The notes under the pieces were generated by a model. It was not told the origin of the DNA. It made no database searches and saw nothing but the letters and a program-made list of their open reading frames with translations. This document shows positions 51,922-60,649 of a stretch of 64,000 nt of DNA, piece after piece. The stretch lies in assembly GCA_963422375.2 (NCBI GenBank), contig OY729427.2, positions 736,001 through 800,000 of the forward strand, in the 5' to 3' direction. Position 1 is the stretch's first letter; every line of letters starts with the position of its first letter. The DNA is from Bryobacterales bacterium. GTDB lineage: Bacteria > Acidobacteriota > Terriglobia > Bryobacterales > UBA6623. A program made the translations under genes and the position numbers.

Positions 51922-53397
51922 ATGGCCAAGCTGAGGGGACCGCGAACTCCGGCCGGGCCGGGCATTGGCTCTCGCCGCGAGTTCCTCGCTGCAAAGGGCA
52001 GCGGTCTCGGAGGCCTTGCGCTCCTCCACCTGATGGCGGTGTCCGGTGCGCTGCCCAACGCATCCTCGGCGGCGCGAAGCCCGCTTGCTGCGAGGCCGCC
52101 CCACCACCGGCCGCGAGCCAAGTCCGTGATCTGGCTCTTCATGGAAGGCGGCCCGAGCCACATCGATCTATTCGACCCGAAGCCCGCCTTGGACAGCCTC
52201 GCCGGGCAAGTCGCGCCGCCTTCGTTCGACCTGCCGGTCACGAGCGCCACGGGTTCGCACCGGATGCCGCTCGTGCCAGCCAGGAGGCAGTGGAAGCGCC
52301 ACGGGCAGAGCGGCCTGTGGGTGTCGGACTGGTATCCGCACGTCGCCGAGCAAGTCGATGACCTCGCCGTGATCCGGTCGTGCTGGGCGGACGGGATCAA
52401 TCATGTCGGCGCCAACCGGCAAATGAACACCGGCTCGATCCTCGCCGGGCGGCCGTCGCTGGGCTCCTGGGCCACGTACGGCCTCGGCACGGCGAACGAG
52501 GAGCTGCCCGCGTTCGTCGTCCTGACCGACAGCAAGATGGTCCGTGGCGGTCCCACGAACTGGGCCGCGGGATTCCTGCCGGCGGCCTACCAAGGCACGC
52601 ACTTTCGCCAGCAGGGACCTCCGATTCTCAACCTCGGCCCCCCGAAGCACATAACGGACAGGCAGCAAAGGAGTCGGCTCGACCTGCTCCTGTCCCTGAA
52701 CCGGCAGCATGCCGACCGGTGGCCGACCGACGACGAGCTGGAGGCTAGAATCGAGTCCTACGAGCTGGCCTACCGGATGCAGCAGGCCGCTCCAGACGCG
52801 GTGGATCTGGGCAAGGAGAGCGCGGCAGTCAGGCGGCTCTACGGGATGGACGAGAACGAGACCGCGAAGTTCGGGGCGAACTGCCTGCTGGCCCGTCGCC
52901 TTGTCGAGCGCGGAGTTCGGTTTGTCGAGGTTTACTGCGGCAGCGGTAGCGGGTGGGACGCACACGCCAAGATGGAGGAGAACCACACGCAGTGGTGCAA
53001 GGTGTCGGACAAGCCGATAGCCGGGCTGCTCGCGGATCTCAGGTCCCGCGGGCTGCTGGGCGAGACTCTAGTCGTCTGGGGCGGCGAGTTCGGAAGGACG
53101 CCGTTCGCCGACACGAATTCCGCCTCCGTCGCGCCGGAGGACTACGGCCGCGACCACAATCCTTGGGGCTTCACGATGTGGATGGCCGGGGCCGGGATCC
53201 GAGGCGGTCGGACGATCGGTTCGACGGACGAGATTGGATTCCGCGCGACCGAGCGGCCCTGCCACGTACATGACATTCACGCGACGATGCTGCACCTCCT
53301 CGGCCTGAACCATTTCGACCTGACCTACCTGCATAACGGTCGCTCCGAGCGCGCGACCATCAACGGCGGGCACCTCATCGAGGAGCTGGTCGCTTGA
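51922..53397 (+). CDS. DUF1501 family protein
   Basis: SRREFL; AKSVIWLFMEGGPSHIDLFDPKP; CLLARRLVERGVRF; WDAH; WGGEFGRTP; GRDH. Confidence 0.93.
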   Translation: MAKLRGPRTPAGPGIGSRREFLAAKGSGLGGLALLHLMAVSGALPNASSAARSPLAARPPHHRPRAKSVIWLFMEGGPSHIDLFDPKPALDSLAGQVAPPSFDLPVTSATGSHRMPLVPARRQWKRHGQSGLWVSDWYPHVAEQVDDLAVIRSCWADGINHVGANRQMNTGSILAGRPSLGSWATYGLGTANEELPAFVVLTDSKMVRGGPTNWAAGFLPAAYQGTHFRQQGPPILNLGPPKHITDRQQRSRLDLLLSLNRQHADRWPTDDELEARIESYELAYRMQQAAPDAVDLGKESAAVRRLYGMDENETAKFGANCLLARRLVERGVRFVEVYCGSGSGWDAHAKMEENHTQWCKVSDKPIAGLLADLRSRGLLGETLVVWGGEFGRTPFADTNSASVAPEDYGRDHNPWGFTMWMAGAGIRGGRTIGSTDEIGFRATERPCHVHDIHATMLHLLGLNHFDLTYLHNGRSERATINGGHLIEELVA

Positions 53398-53677
53398 GAA
53401 CTCTCAAGGAAGGCTCAGGATTATCACCGATTTTCGTTTCGGCGATGCCTCCATGCTCGCTAGGGCGGACGGTGCGACTGCGGGAGCGCTAGGAAAGCGA
53501 GCCCCGTTTGACGAAGGGGCGTCGGGCGCATAGCCGCGATGTGCCGCGTGGCTCGGCGAAGGCTTGGCAGCCGACCCGGGACAGTGCCCCGGTTCTCTCG
53601 TAACCCATTGAGTCCGTAGAAGTTAGCCCACGCGGACCTCGTGTCGGCCCAATTGCCGACCTAGGCGCTAATGCGAA

Positions 53678-53960
53678 GTGAAACTCAGCGTCCGTTCAGC
53701 GGCAATTCGGAGACTAGCCGTGGCCGTCCGCGACCTCCTCCCGGACGGCCACGGCGATGGACCGTCGCCTGCGCCCCCCGCCGCTGCTGCTTGGCAGGGC
53801 ACTGGAGGGAACGCTGATCGCCCAATCGGAAGGGGCGTGGTTCCGATTGGACGCGAGCGGGCCCGCGACGTTCGAGCTGTATTCCGCCGGCATGGACCAA
53901 GCCGTGGGGTCCCTGCTAGACGCGCCGGCGCGTGTCTTAGGCTCCTGCGAGTACCCTCCC
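53678..53960 (+). pseudogene. Remnant of a PPC-like ('DDHG..AT') extracellular repeat domain
   Basis: PDGHGDGPSPA in one frame continues after a shift as PLLLG..LEGTL...WFRLD.SGPATFELYS.G...VGSLLDA..RVL, resembling DDHG...GT....DWFR...YT.G..DT.G.L.D modules. Confidence 0.5.
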
Positions 53961-54244
53961 GGCACTCTGCAGGGAGACGACGCAGGTCCATTCGTAGCCA
54001 CCCCCGGCAGCGCACCGTCGAGCGGCCTCGAGGCCGCGTCGGACTCGGCGAAACCAGTCTTCGCGCCCCGACGGCATAGAGAAACGTCGTGCTCCCGCAC
54101 GCGGGCTCGGTCCTAGCCGAGGTCAGCATACCCGTCCTCGACGGCGCGCCTCGGGCACGGCCTCCCTCGAATCCGCCGCTCTACTCCGGGCGCCGCCCCC
54201 GGGGCCGGACAGGCCGGCCTCGGTCAGGCCGCCGAGGTAGGTCG

Positions 54245-55114
54245 CTACACGGTGCAGAGCTCGACCGCCTCGCGCAGCGAGGTCATGGGATCACGCACCG
54301 GGATGAACTCGTGCGCGAAGTAGCCTTGGAAGTCCAAGTCGGCGATCGCCTTGGAAATCGCCCTGTAATTGAGCTCCTGCGTGTCGTCGATCTCGTGACG
54401 TCCGGGATTCCCGCCCGTGTGGAAGTGGCCGATGTAGTGGATGTTGTCTCGGATCATGCGAATCACGTCTCCTTCCATGATCTGCATGTGGTAGATGTCG
54501 TACAGCAACTTCATGCGCGGCGACTCGACCCGCTTCATCAGTTCCACGCCCCACGGCGTCCTGTCGCAGTGGTAGTCGCGGTGGTTCACCTTGGAGTTGA
54601 GCAGTTCCATCAGGATCGTGACTTCCGCGTCCTCGGCCTGTGCCTTGATCCGGTTCAGCACGGCCGCCGAGTTCTCCCACGCTTCCTCGTCCGACATCCC
54701 GCCCCGGTTGCCCGAAAAGACGATCAGGCTCGGAACGCCGCTCTTCTTGGCTGCCGCTATCAGTTCCCGGGCGTTCTTCTCGATGCTCGCATGGTTCTCG
54801 ATGCGGTTGGTGCCGTCACGGATGGAGCAGATGCCGTTGCCGACGGCGCATGTCAGGCCGTGCCGCTCCAGCACGGGCCACTGATCCTTGGCCAGCAGCT
54901 CCACCGAGACAATGCCCATGCGGGCGGCGTGCTCGCAGAGTTCCTCCAGCGGCATGTCGCGATAGCACCACTTGCAGACGGACTGATCCAGACGACCGTC
55001 CGCTCGTGCCGTCTCGGCGGCGAGACCTGCCTTCGTAGCGGCCGAGAGAACTCCCAGCGAGGCGGCCGCCTGCAGAGCAGCTCGGCGAGTCGGCGGGATG
55101 GCAGCTTGCGTCAT
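54245..55114 (-). CDS. Hydroxypyruvate-isomerase-family TIM barrel with Tat-like signal
   Basis: TRRAAL; QSVCKWC; FSGNR; MELLNSKV.H.DY; LYDIYHMQIMEGD; HFHTGG.PGRHE; ELNY; HEF. Confidence 0.88.
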   Translation of the reverse strand: MTQAAIPPTRRAALQAAASLGVLSAATKAGLAAETARADGRLDQSVCKWCYRDMPLEELCEHAARMGIVSVELLAKDQWPVLERHGLTCAVGNGICSIRDGTNRIENHASIEKNARELIAAAKKSGVPSLIVFSGNRGGMSDEEAWENSAAVLNRIKAQAEDAEVTILMELLNSKVNHRDYHCDRTPWGVELMKRVESPRMKLLYDIYHMQIMEGDVIRMIRDNIHYIGHFHTGGNPGRHEIDDTQELNYRAISKAIADLDFQGYFAHEFIPVRDPMTSLREAVELCTV

Positions 55115-55181
55115 GGCCTTAGGATTCTAGCACCCAGAGGGGCCCCCGGGGACGGAAGAGCACCGGGACCGCGTTCGAAAC

Positions 55182-56072
55182 CTACAGGTCCTTGCCGGTA
55201 AGCGTGACGTACGCCTCTAGGTACTTGTCGGACGTGTTCTGGACGACGTCCGAAGGCAGCCGGGGCCCCGGCGGACGCTTGTCGAAGCCCACCTGCTCCA
55301 AGTAGTCCCGAACGTACTGCTTGTCGAACGACTCCTGGCCCCGCCCGGGCTGGTAGAGGTCGAGGGGCCAGTACCGCGAGGAATCCGGGGTAAGCACCTC
55401 GTCGCCGAGAACGATCTCGCCGTCCAAGGTGCCGAACTCCAGCTTGGTGTCGGCCAGAATCAGACCGCAGGCCAGCCCGTGCTGCGAGGCGCGGTCGTAA
55501 ATCTGCAAGGTCAGGTCGCGCAGCCTGGATGCGGTCTCCCGACCCACGACGCCGCAAGCCCGGTCGAAATCGATGTTCTCGTCGTGCCCGGTGACGGCTT
55601 TCGTCGCGGGCGTGAAGATCGCCCCCGGCAGCTTGCCGCACTCGCGCAAGCCGGGCGGCAGGGCGATCCCGCACACGGAGCCGCCGCGCGTGTAGTCCTT
55701 CCAGCCCGAGCCGACGATGTAGCCTCGGGCCACGCACTCGATCGGAAACATGTCGAGCCGCTTGACTAGCATGGACCGTCCCTCGAGCTGGTCGCGATGC
55801 TTGTGGATCTCCGGTGGGAACTCGGAAACCTCGGCGGTGATGAAGTGCGTGCCCACCAGGTCCTCGAGGAACTCGAACCAGAAGATGGACAGCTTTGTCA
55901 GGACCTCGCCCTTGCGGGGAATCGGCGTGGGGAGCACGACGTCAAATGCCGAGATGCGGTCGGAGGCGACGATCAGCAGGCGGTCGTCGCCTACGGCGTA
56001 GAGGTCGCGCACCTTGCCTCGCGAGAGCAGCGGAAGTTCGGCGATGTTGGATTCGATCAGTGCGTTGGACAT
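55182..56072 (-). CDS. purC: SAICAR synthase
   Basis: GKVRDLY; SDRISAFD; ECVARGY..GSGW; FTPATKA; ADTKLEFG; DEVLTPDSSRYW; SFDKQYVRD. Confidence 0.97.
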   Translation of the reverse strand: MSNALIESNIAELPLLSRGKVRDLYAVGDDRLLIVASDRISAFDVVLPTPIPRKGEVLTKLSIFWFEFLEDLVGTHFITAEVSEFPPEIHKHRDQLEGRSMLVKRLDMFPIECVARGYIVGSGWKDYTRGGSVCGIALPPGLRECGKLPGAIFTPATKAVTGHDENIDFDRACGVVGRETASRLRDLTLQIYDRASQHGLACGLILADTKLEFGTLDGEIVLGDEVLTPDSSRYWPLDLYQPGRGQESFDKQYVRDYLEQVGFDKRPPGPRLPSDVVQNTSDKYLEAYVTLTGKDL

Positions 56073-56126
56073 GGGTGGCGTGGACCGCGTCGCGCAGGCG
56101 CGTCTCCGGCGGAATGGAAGCTGGCG

Positions 56127-58472
56127 TCAGGCCCGGGCAATCTCCGACCAGACCGCCGGCGGGCTCATCGGCAGGCGCCGCATGCGGACGCCCGTGGCGT
56201 CATGGACCGCGTTCGCGATCGCAGCGAGGGGCGGGACGATGTTCGCTTCGCCCACGCCCCGCACGCCGAAGGGATGGCCGGGATTGGCGACCTCGACGAT
56301 GCACGTGTCGATCATCGGCAGATCCAGCGAGGTCGGCATGCGGTAGTCCAGCAGCGTGCTGTTCTTCATGGTCCCGTCAGCGCCCATGCAGTACTCCTCG
56401 TTGAGAGACCAGCCGATGCCCTGCACCGACCCGCCCTGCATCTGCCCCTCGACGTAGCTGGGATGCACGGCCTTGCCGACGTCCTGCACGGCCGTGAAGC
56501 GCAGGACGTCGACCTTGCCGGTCTCGGGATCGACCGCGACGTCGGCGATGGCCGCGGCGAACGATCCGCCGACGCCCCGCGGCTTGACCGTCGCCGTCGC
56601 GCTGACGGGCCCGCCCGTACGGCTGCACTGACCCGCCAGTTCCCGGAATCCGGCGCTCCGGCCGTTGGCCGAGTAGACGCCCTTGGAGTGCCGCACTTGG
56701 TCGGGCTCCAAAGACCACAGCTTGGAGGCGCGAGCCTTCATCTCCGACACGATCTTTTGGGCGGCGTCGTGGGCGGCCCAGCCGGTCGCGAAGGTCGTGC
56801 GGCTGCCGCCCGTGACGGACGTGAATCCAACGGAGTCGGTGTCGACCACCTCGGGCAGGATGTCCTCGGCGGGAATGCCGAGGACCTCGGCCGCCTGCAT
56901 CGCGATCGACGTGCGCGTGCCGCCGATATCGGTCGATCCCTCGACCAGATGCACCGTGCCGTTGGCGTTGACGTTCAGCGTGCAGGTCGATTCCAGGCCG
57001 ACGTTGAACCAGAATCCGACGGCGACGCCGCGCCCGCGGTTCGGGCCGCCCAGCGGGGCTCGGTAGTGCGGATGGTCCCGGACGGCTCGGAGGACCTCCT
57101 CGCAGCCGATCCGGCGGAACTTCGGCCCGTCCACCCGGCGGGTCCCCTCCCGAGCTGAGTTGCGCAAGCGGAAATCGACCGGGTCCATACCGACGCGGGC
57201 CGCGACCTCGTCGATCACCTGCTCGGCGGCGAACGCCGCCTGGGGCGCTCCGGGCGCCCGGTACGCGGCGCAACTCGGCTTGTTGACGACCACGTCGAAG
57301 CACTCGACCGACAGGTTCGGGCAGTCGTAGGCCGCGAAGACGCACATGCCGCCCGGCGTGACGAACGATCCCGGGTACGCCCCGGCCTCGTAGGCCAGGG
57401 TCGCCTCCATCGCCCGGATGCGGCCGTCCGCAGAGGCGCCGACCTTCACGCGCACGTGGGAGCCCGCGGTCGGCCCGGTGGACAGGAACACCTCCTCCCG
57501 CGACATGACGATCTTGACGGGGCGCCCGGTCTTCCTCGACAGCAGGGCGGCGACCGGTTCCATGTAGACCGGAATCTTGCCGCCGAACCCCCCTCCGATC
57601 TCCATCGGCGTGACCTTGACGCTCGAGACTGGAATCTCGAGGATCTTGGCCGTCACGTCGCGCACGACGAAGGCTCCCTGCGTGGAGCACCAGATGTGCA
57701 GGCGGCCATCGTGGTTCCACAGCGCCGTCACGTTGTGGGGCTCGATGTAGCCCTGGTGAACAGTCGCCGTGTCGAACACCCTCTCGACGACCGCGTCGGA
57801 AGCCGCGAAGCCGGCCTCGACGTCGCCGAGGCGCCAAGCGAAGTGCTCGGCGACATTGGAAGGCTGGTCCGTCTTCTCCCCGAACTCCTGCTTGAAGAGG
57901 TCCGCGTGCAGCAGTTCCGCCTCCTCGCGCATCGCGTCGGGCGCCGTCATGGAGCTCGGCAGGAGCTCGTACTCGACGTCGATCGCTCTCGCCGCCTCCA
58001 AGGCCGCGTGCGGACTGGAGGCCGCGACCGCGGCCACGGCGTGGCCTTGGTAAAGCACCTTGTCCCGGGCCAGGATGTTGCCGTGGACGTAGGCGAGCTT
58101 GGTCTCGCCTTCCCCGACGTCGACGAGCTTGTCCTCCGCCGGCGGCAGGTCGGCGGCCGTGACCACCGCGAAGACCCCGTCCATGCCCTCCGCCCTGCTG
58201 GTGTCGACAGACTGGATCCTGGCGTGCGCGTGCGGGCTACGCAGAATCGCTCCGTGCAGCGTTCCGGACAGGTGGACGTCGGCCCCGTACAGAGCCCGGC
58301 CGGTCACCTTGTCCGCGCCGTCGTGGCGCACGGGCCGCGTGCCGACGACGTCGAAGGTCGCGGAGGCAAGCACCATATTGGGCTCGTAGCCGCCGACGCC
58401 CGGCCCTCCGTTGCCGGACGACTCGCGCCGCGGGGCCGCGGCGCGGGCGGGATCGACGGTAAAGGTGCTCAT
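56127..58472 (-). CDS. Xanthine-dehydrogenase-family molybdopterin-binding subunit
   Basis: KVTG.A.Y; RSPHAHA; HQGYIEPH; STQG; GGGFGGK; AYRAPG; GGSR; EGQMQGG; GVGE. ATGA overlap with the 2Fe-2S gene. Confidence 0.93.
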   Translation of the reverse strand: MSTFTVDPARAAAPRRESSGNGGPGVGGYEPNMVLASATFDVVGTRPVRHDGADKVTGRALYGADVHLSGTLHGAILRSPHAHARIQSVDTSRAEGMDGVFAVVTAADLPPAEDKLVDVGEGETKLAYVHGNILARDKVLYQGHAVAAVAASSPHAALEAARAIDVEYELLPSSMTAPDAMREEAELLHADLFKQEFGEKTDQPSNVAEHFAWRLGDVEAGFAASDAVVERVFDTATVHQGYIEPHNVTALWNHDGRLHIWCSTQGAFVVRDVTAKILEIPVSSVKVTPMEIGGGFGGKIPVYMEPVAALLSRKTGRPVKIVMSREEVFLSTGPTAGSHVRVKVGASADGRIRAMEATLAYEAGAYPGSFVTPGGMCVFAAYDCPNLSVECFDVVVNKPSCAAYRAPGAPQAAFAAEQVIDEVAARVGMDPVDFRLRNSAREGTRRVDGPKFRRIGCEEVLRAVRDHPHYRAPLGGPNRGRGVAVGFWFNVGLESTCTLNVNANGTVHLVEGSTDIGGTRTSIAMQAAEVLGIPAEDILPEVVDTDSVGFTSVTGGSRTTFATGWAAHDAAQKIVSEMKARASKLWSLEPDQVRHSKGVYSANGRSAGFRELAGQCSRTGGPVSATATVKPRGVGGSFAAAIADVAVDPETGKVDVLRFTAVQDVGKAVHPSYVEGQMQGGSVQGIGWSLNEEYCMGADGTMKNSTLLDYRMPTSLDLPMIDTCIVEVANPGHPFGVRGVGEANIVPPLAAIANAVHDATGVRMRRLPMSPPAVWSEIARA

Positions 58473-58954
58473 GATGCGGACTCCTGCTGCTGAATGCGTG
58501 CCGCCGCCTGGACCGAGCGCACGATCTTGTCGTACCCGGTGCAGCGGCACAGGTTGTTGGCGAGCCAGAGGCGGATCTCGTCCTCGCTCGGGTCGGGATT
58601 GCGGTCGAGCAGCGCCTTGGCCGCCACGATGAAGCCAGGCGTGCAGACGCCGCACTGCAGGGCCGCGCCCTCGAGGAAGGCGCGCTGCACCTCGTGCAGG
58701 GCGCTTCCCTGCGCGACGCCCTCGATCGTAAGGATTTCCGCGCCCTCGGCCTCGACGCCGAGCACCAGGCAGGCCGGCACGATCCGGCCGTCCATCTCCA
58801 CCGTGCAGGCGCCGCAGTTGCCGTCGTTGCAGCCCTCCTTGGTCCCGGTGAGGCGCAGGACGTCGCGCAGGACCTCGAGGAGCGACTGGCGCGGCTCGCA
58901 CAGGAACTCCGCCGGCTGGCCGTTAATGGTGGTTTCTACGTGAGCTGATCGCAT
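58469..58954 (-). CDS. (2Fe-2S)-binding subunit (CoxS/XdhC-like)
   Basis: GTKEGC..GNCGACTV..ACL; QCGVCTPG; NLCRCTGY. Confidence 0.95.
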   Translation of the reverse strand: MRSAHVETTINGQPAEFLCEPRQSLLEVLRDVLRLTGTKEGCNDGNCGACTVEMDGRIVPACLVLGVEAEGAEILTIEGVAQGSALHEVQRAFLEGAALQCGVCTPGFIVAAKALLDRNPDPSEDEIRLWLANNLCRCTGYDKIVRSVQAAARIQQQESAS

Positions 58955-58973
58955 GGCCTTGCGTCCCCTGATC

Positions 58974-59849
58974 CTAGGCGAGCGAAACGCCCGCCCGCTC
59001 GACGGCCCTCTCCAGAGCGCGGCGGGTGAGGACCTCGCACAAGTTGCGCCGGTACTCGGCAGTGCCCCGCATATCGGAGATGGGACGCGCGGCCGCCTTG
59101 GCCGCGGCGGCGGCGCGCGCCAGCGCGGCCCGCCCCACGGGCTCCCCGCGAAGGGCCGCGCCGGCCGCCTTCACGAACAGGGGCGTGGGCGCGACCGAGG
59201 CCAGCGCGACGCGGCCGTCCGCGAATCGGCCGTTCGCCACGGTCACGGCCACGCCGGCCCCGGCCACGGCGATGTCCATCTCGTTCCGGGGGATGAACCG
59301 CAGGTAGCAGGCCCCCGAGCCCTCGGGGGGCGGGGGCAGCCGCAGCGAGACCAGCACCTCGCTCGCGCCGAGAACGCTCCGCCCGGGGCCCGTGCAGAAC
59401 TGCTCGACCGGCACCTCGCGCTCGCCCGCGGCCGAGGCGATGCGGCAGGCGGCCCGGAGCGCGATCAGGGCGGGCACGGCGTCCGCGCTGGGAGCGGCGT
59501 TGCAGAGGTTCCCGCCGACCGAGGCGCGCCCTTGGATCTGAGTGCCGCCGATCATTGACACGGTGTCGATCAGGCCGGGGTACAGCCGACAGACCGTCTC
59601 GCTGCCGTAGATGCGATAGCACGGTACGGCCGCGCCGAGGGTGAGCCCGGCATCGCGGTCGTAGCGCAGCTCGTTCAGCTCGGGAACGGCCTTCACATCC
59701 ACCACGACGCCGTTCGTGCGGCGGCCCGTGCGCATCTGGACCAGCAGGTCCGTCCCGCCCGCGAGCGCCCGGGCGTCGGAGCCGTGCTCTGCGAAGGCCC
59801 GCAGGCACTCGTCCAGCGTGCGCGGGCGCGCATAGTCAATCCAGTGCAA
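58974..59849 (-). CDS. FAD-binding subunit (CoxM/XdhB-like)
   Basis: AAGGAGG then TTG; DYARP.TL; LAGGTDL; QI..RAS.GGNLCNA.PSAD; PISDMRGTAEYR. Confidence 0.93.
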   Translation of the reverse strand: MHWIDYARPRTLDECLRAFAEHGSDARALAGGTDLLVQMRTGRRTNGVVVDVKAVPELNELRYDRDAGLTLGAAVPCYRIYGSETVCRLYPGLIDTVSMIGGTQIQGRASVGGNLCNAAPSADAVPALIALRAACRIASAAGEREVPVEQFCTGPGRSVLGASEVLVSLRLPPPPEGSGACYLRFIPRNEMDIAVAGAGVAVTVANGRFADGRVALASVAPTPLFVKAAGAALRGEPVGRAALARAAAAAKAAARPISDMRGTAEYRRNLCEVLTRRALERAVERAGVSLA

Positions 59850-59981
59850 GAGCCAGCATCCTCCTTCGGTCCGGCCGCGCCCCGATGCCGAGGGGCGCGG
59901 CCGGACCGAACTCCCATTATAGGAAGGACGATCCTCCGCTCGGATCCGGCCCCCGGTGCGCGAGAATGTGCCTCCGGCCGG

Positions 59982-60010
59982 TTGACAAGCCGCCATCCAG
60001 GGCTGACAAT
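59982..60010 (+). promoter_or_regulatory. sigma70-type promoter TTGACA-17-GACAAT for the ECF operon
   Basis: Perfect -35, 17-nt spacer, near-consensus -10. Confidence 0.6.
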
Positions 60011-60094
60011 CGGATTGGAAGCGACCTTGCCGTAAGAATCCCTCGCTCAATCGTCTTGGGATTGGACGGCATCGGACGCTTAGTAGGGTGTTCT

Positions 60095-60649
60095 GTGCCC
60101 GAGCTCCGTCAGCCTGACGCGATTCAGCGGGCCGCATGGGAGACCGAGCAGCTTTTCAGCGAGCATTCCTCGAACCTAGCGCGCTACCTCTGCAGCGGCG
60201 TGCGCAGCGTGACGGATATCGAGGACATCGTTCAGGAGACGTTCGTTCGCTACTTCCAGGCACGGTGCAACGGTACGGAGATCGGCAACGCGAAGGGCTG
60301 GCTCTATCGCGTGGGCCGGCACTTGGTCCTGGACCATGCGAAGAAGTCCAAGCCGGTGCTGCTCGACGACGCGGGCTGGCGGGCTGTCGAGGCCGACCAG
60401 GCGCGCATCGCACCCGACACGGCGGGCGACCGCGCGGCCGGCCTGCCGTGGCACTTGCTCAGCGACACGGAAAGAGAGTGCCTGCTGCTGCGAGCGGAAG
60501 GGTTGAAGTTCCGGGAAATAGCGGAAGTGCTGGACGTTTCGATTTCGACGGTCGCGAGCTACGTGGCTCGCGCCATCAAGAAGCTCCGGTCGGCGGTTAC
60601 GAGGCCCAGTGAGACACCTGACCACAGAAGAGCTGCTCCTTTACGCTGA
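60095..60649 (+). CDS. ECF sigma-70 family sigma factor
   Basis: Region 2 DIEDIVQETF..GWLYRV; region 4.2 LSDTERECLLLRAEGLKFREIAEVL..S.STV..Y..RA..KLR. Start inferred (GTG). Confidence 0.9.
   Translation: MPELRQPDAIQRAAWETEQLFSEHSSNLARYLCSGVRSVTDIEDIVQETFVRYFQARCNGTEIGNAKGWLYRVGRHLVLDHAKKSKPVLLDDAGWRAVEADQARIAPDTAGDRAAGLPWHLLSDTERECLLLRAEGLKFREIAEVLDVSISTVASYVARAIKKLRSAVTRPSETPDHRRAAPLR

Noticed and set aside
56127..59849. Aerobic CO dehydrogenase (coxMSL)
   Set aside because: The active-site loop is AYRAPG, lacking the Cu-binding Cys of form I; no coxDEFG accessory genes.
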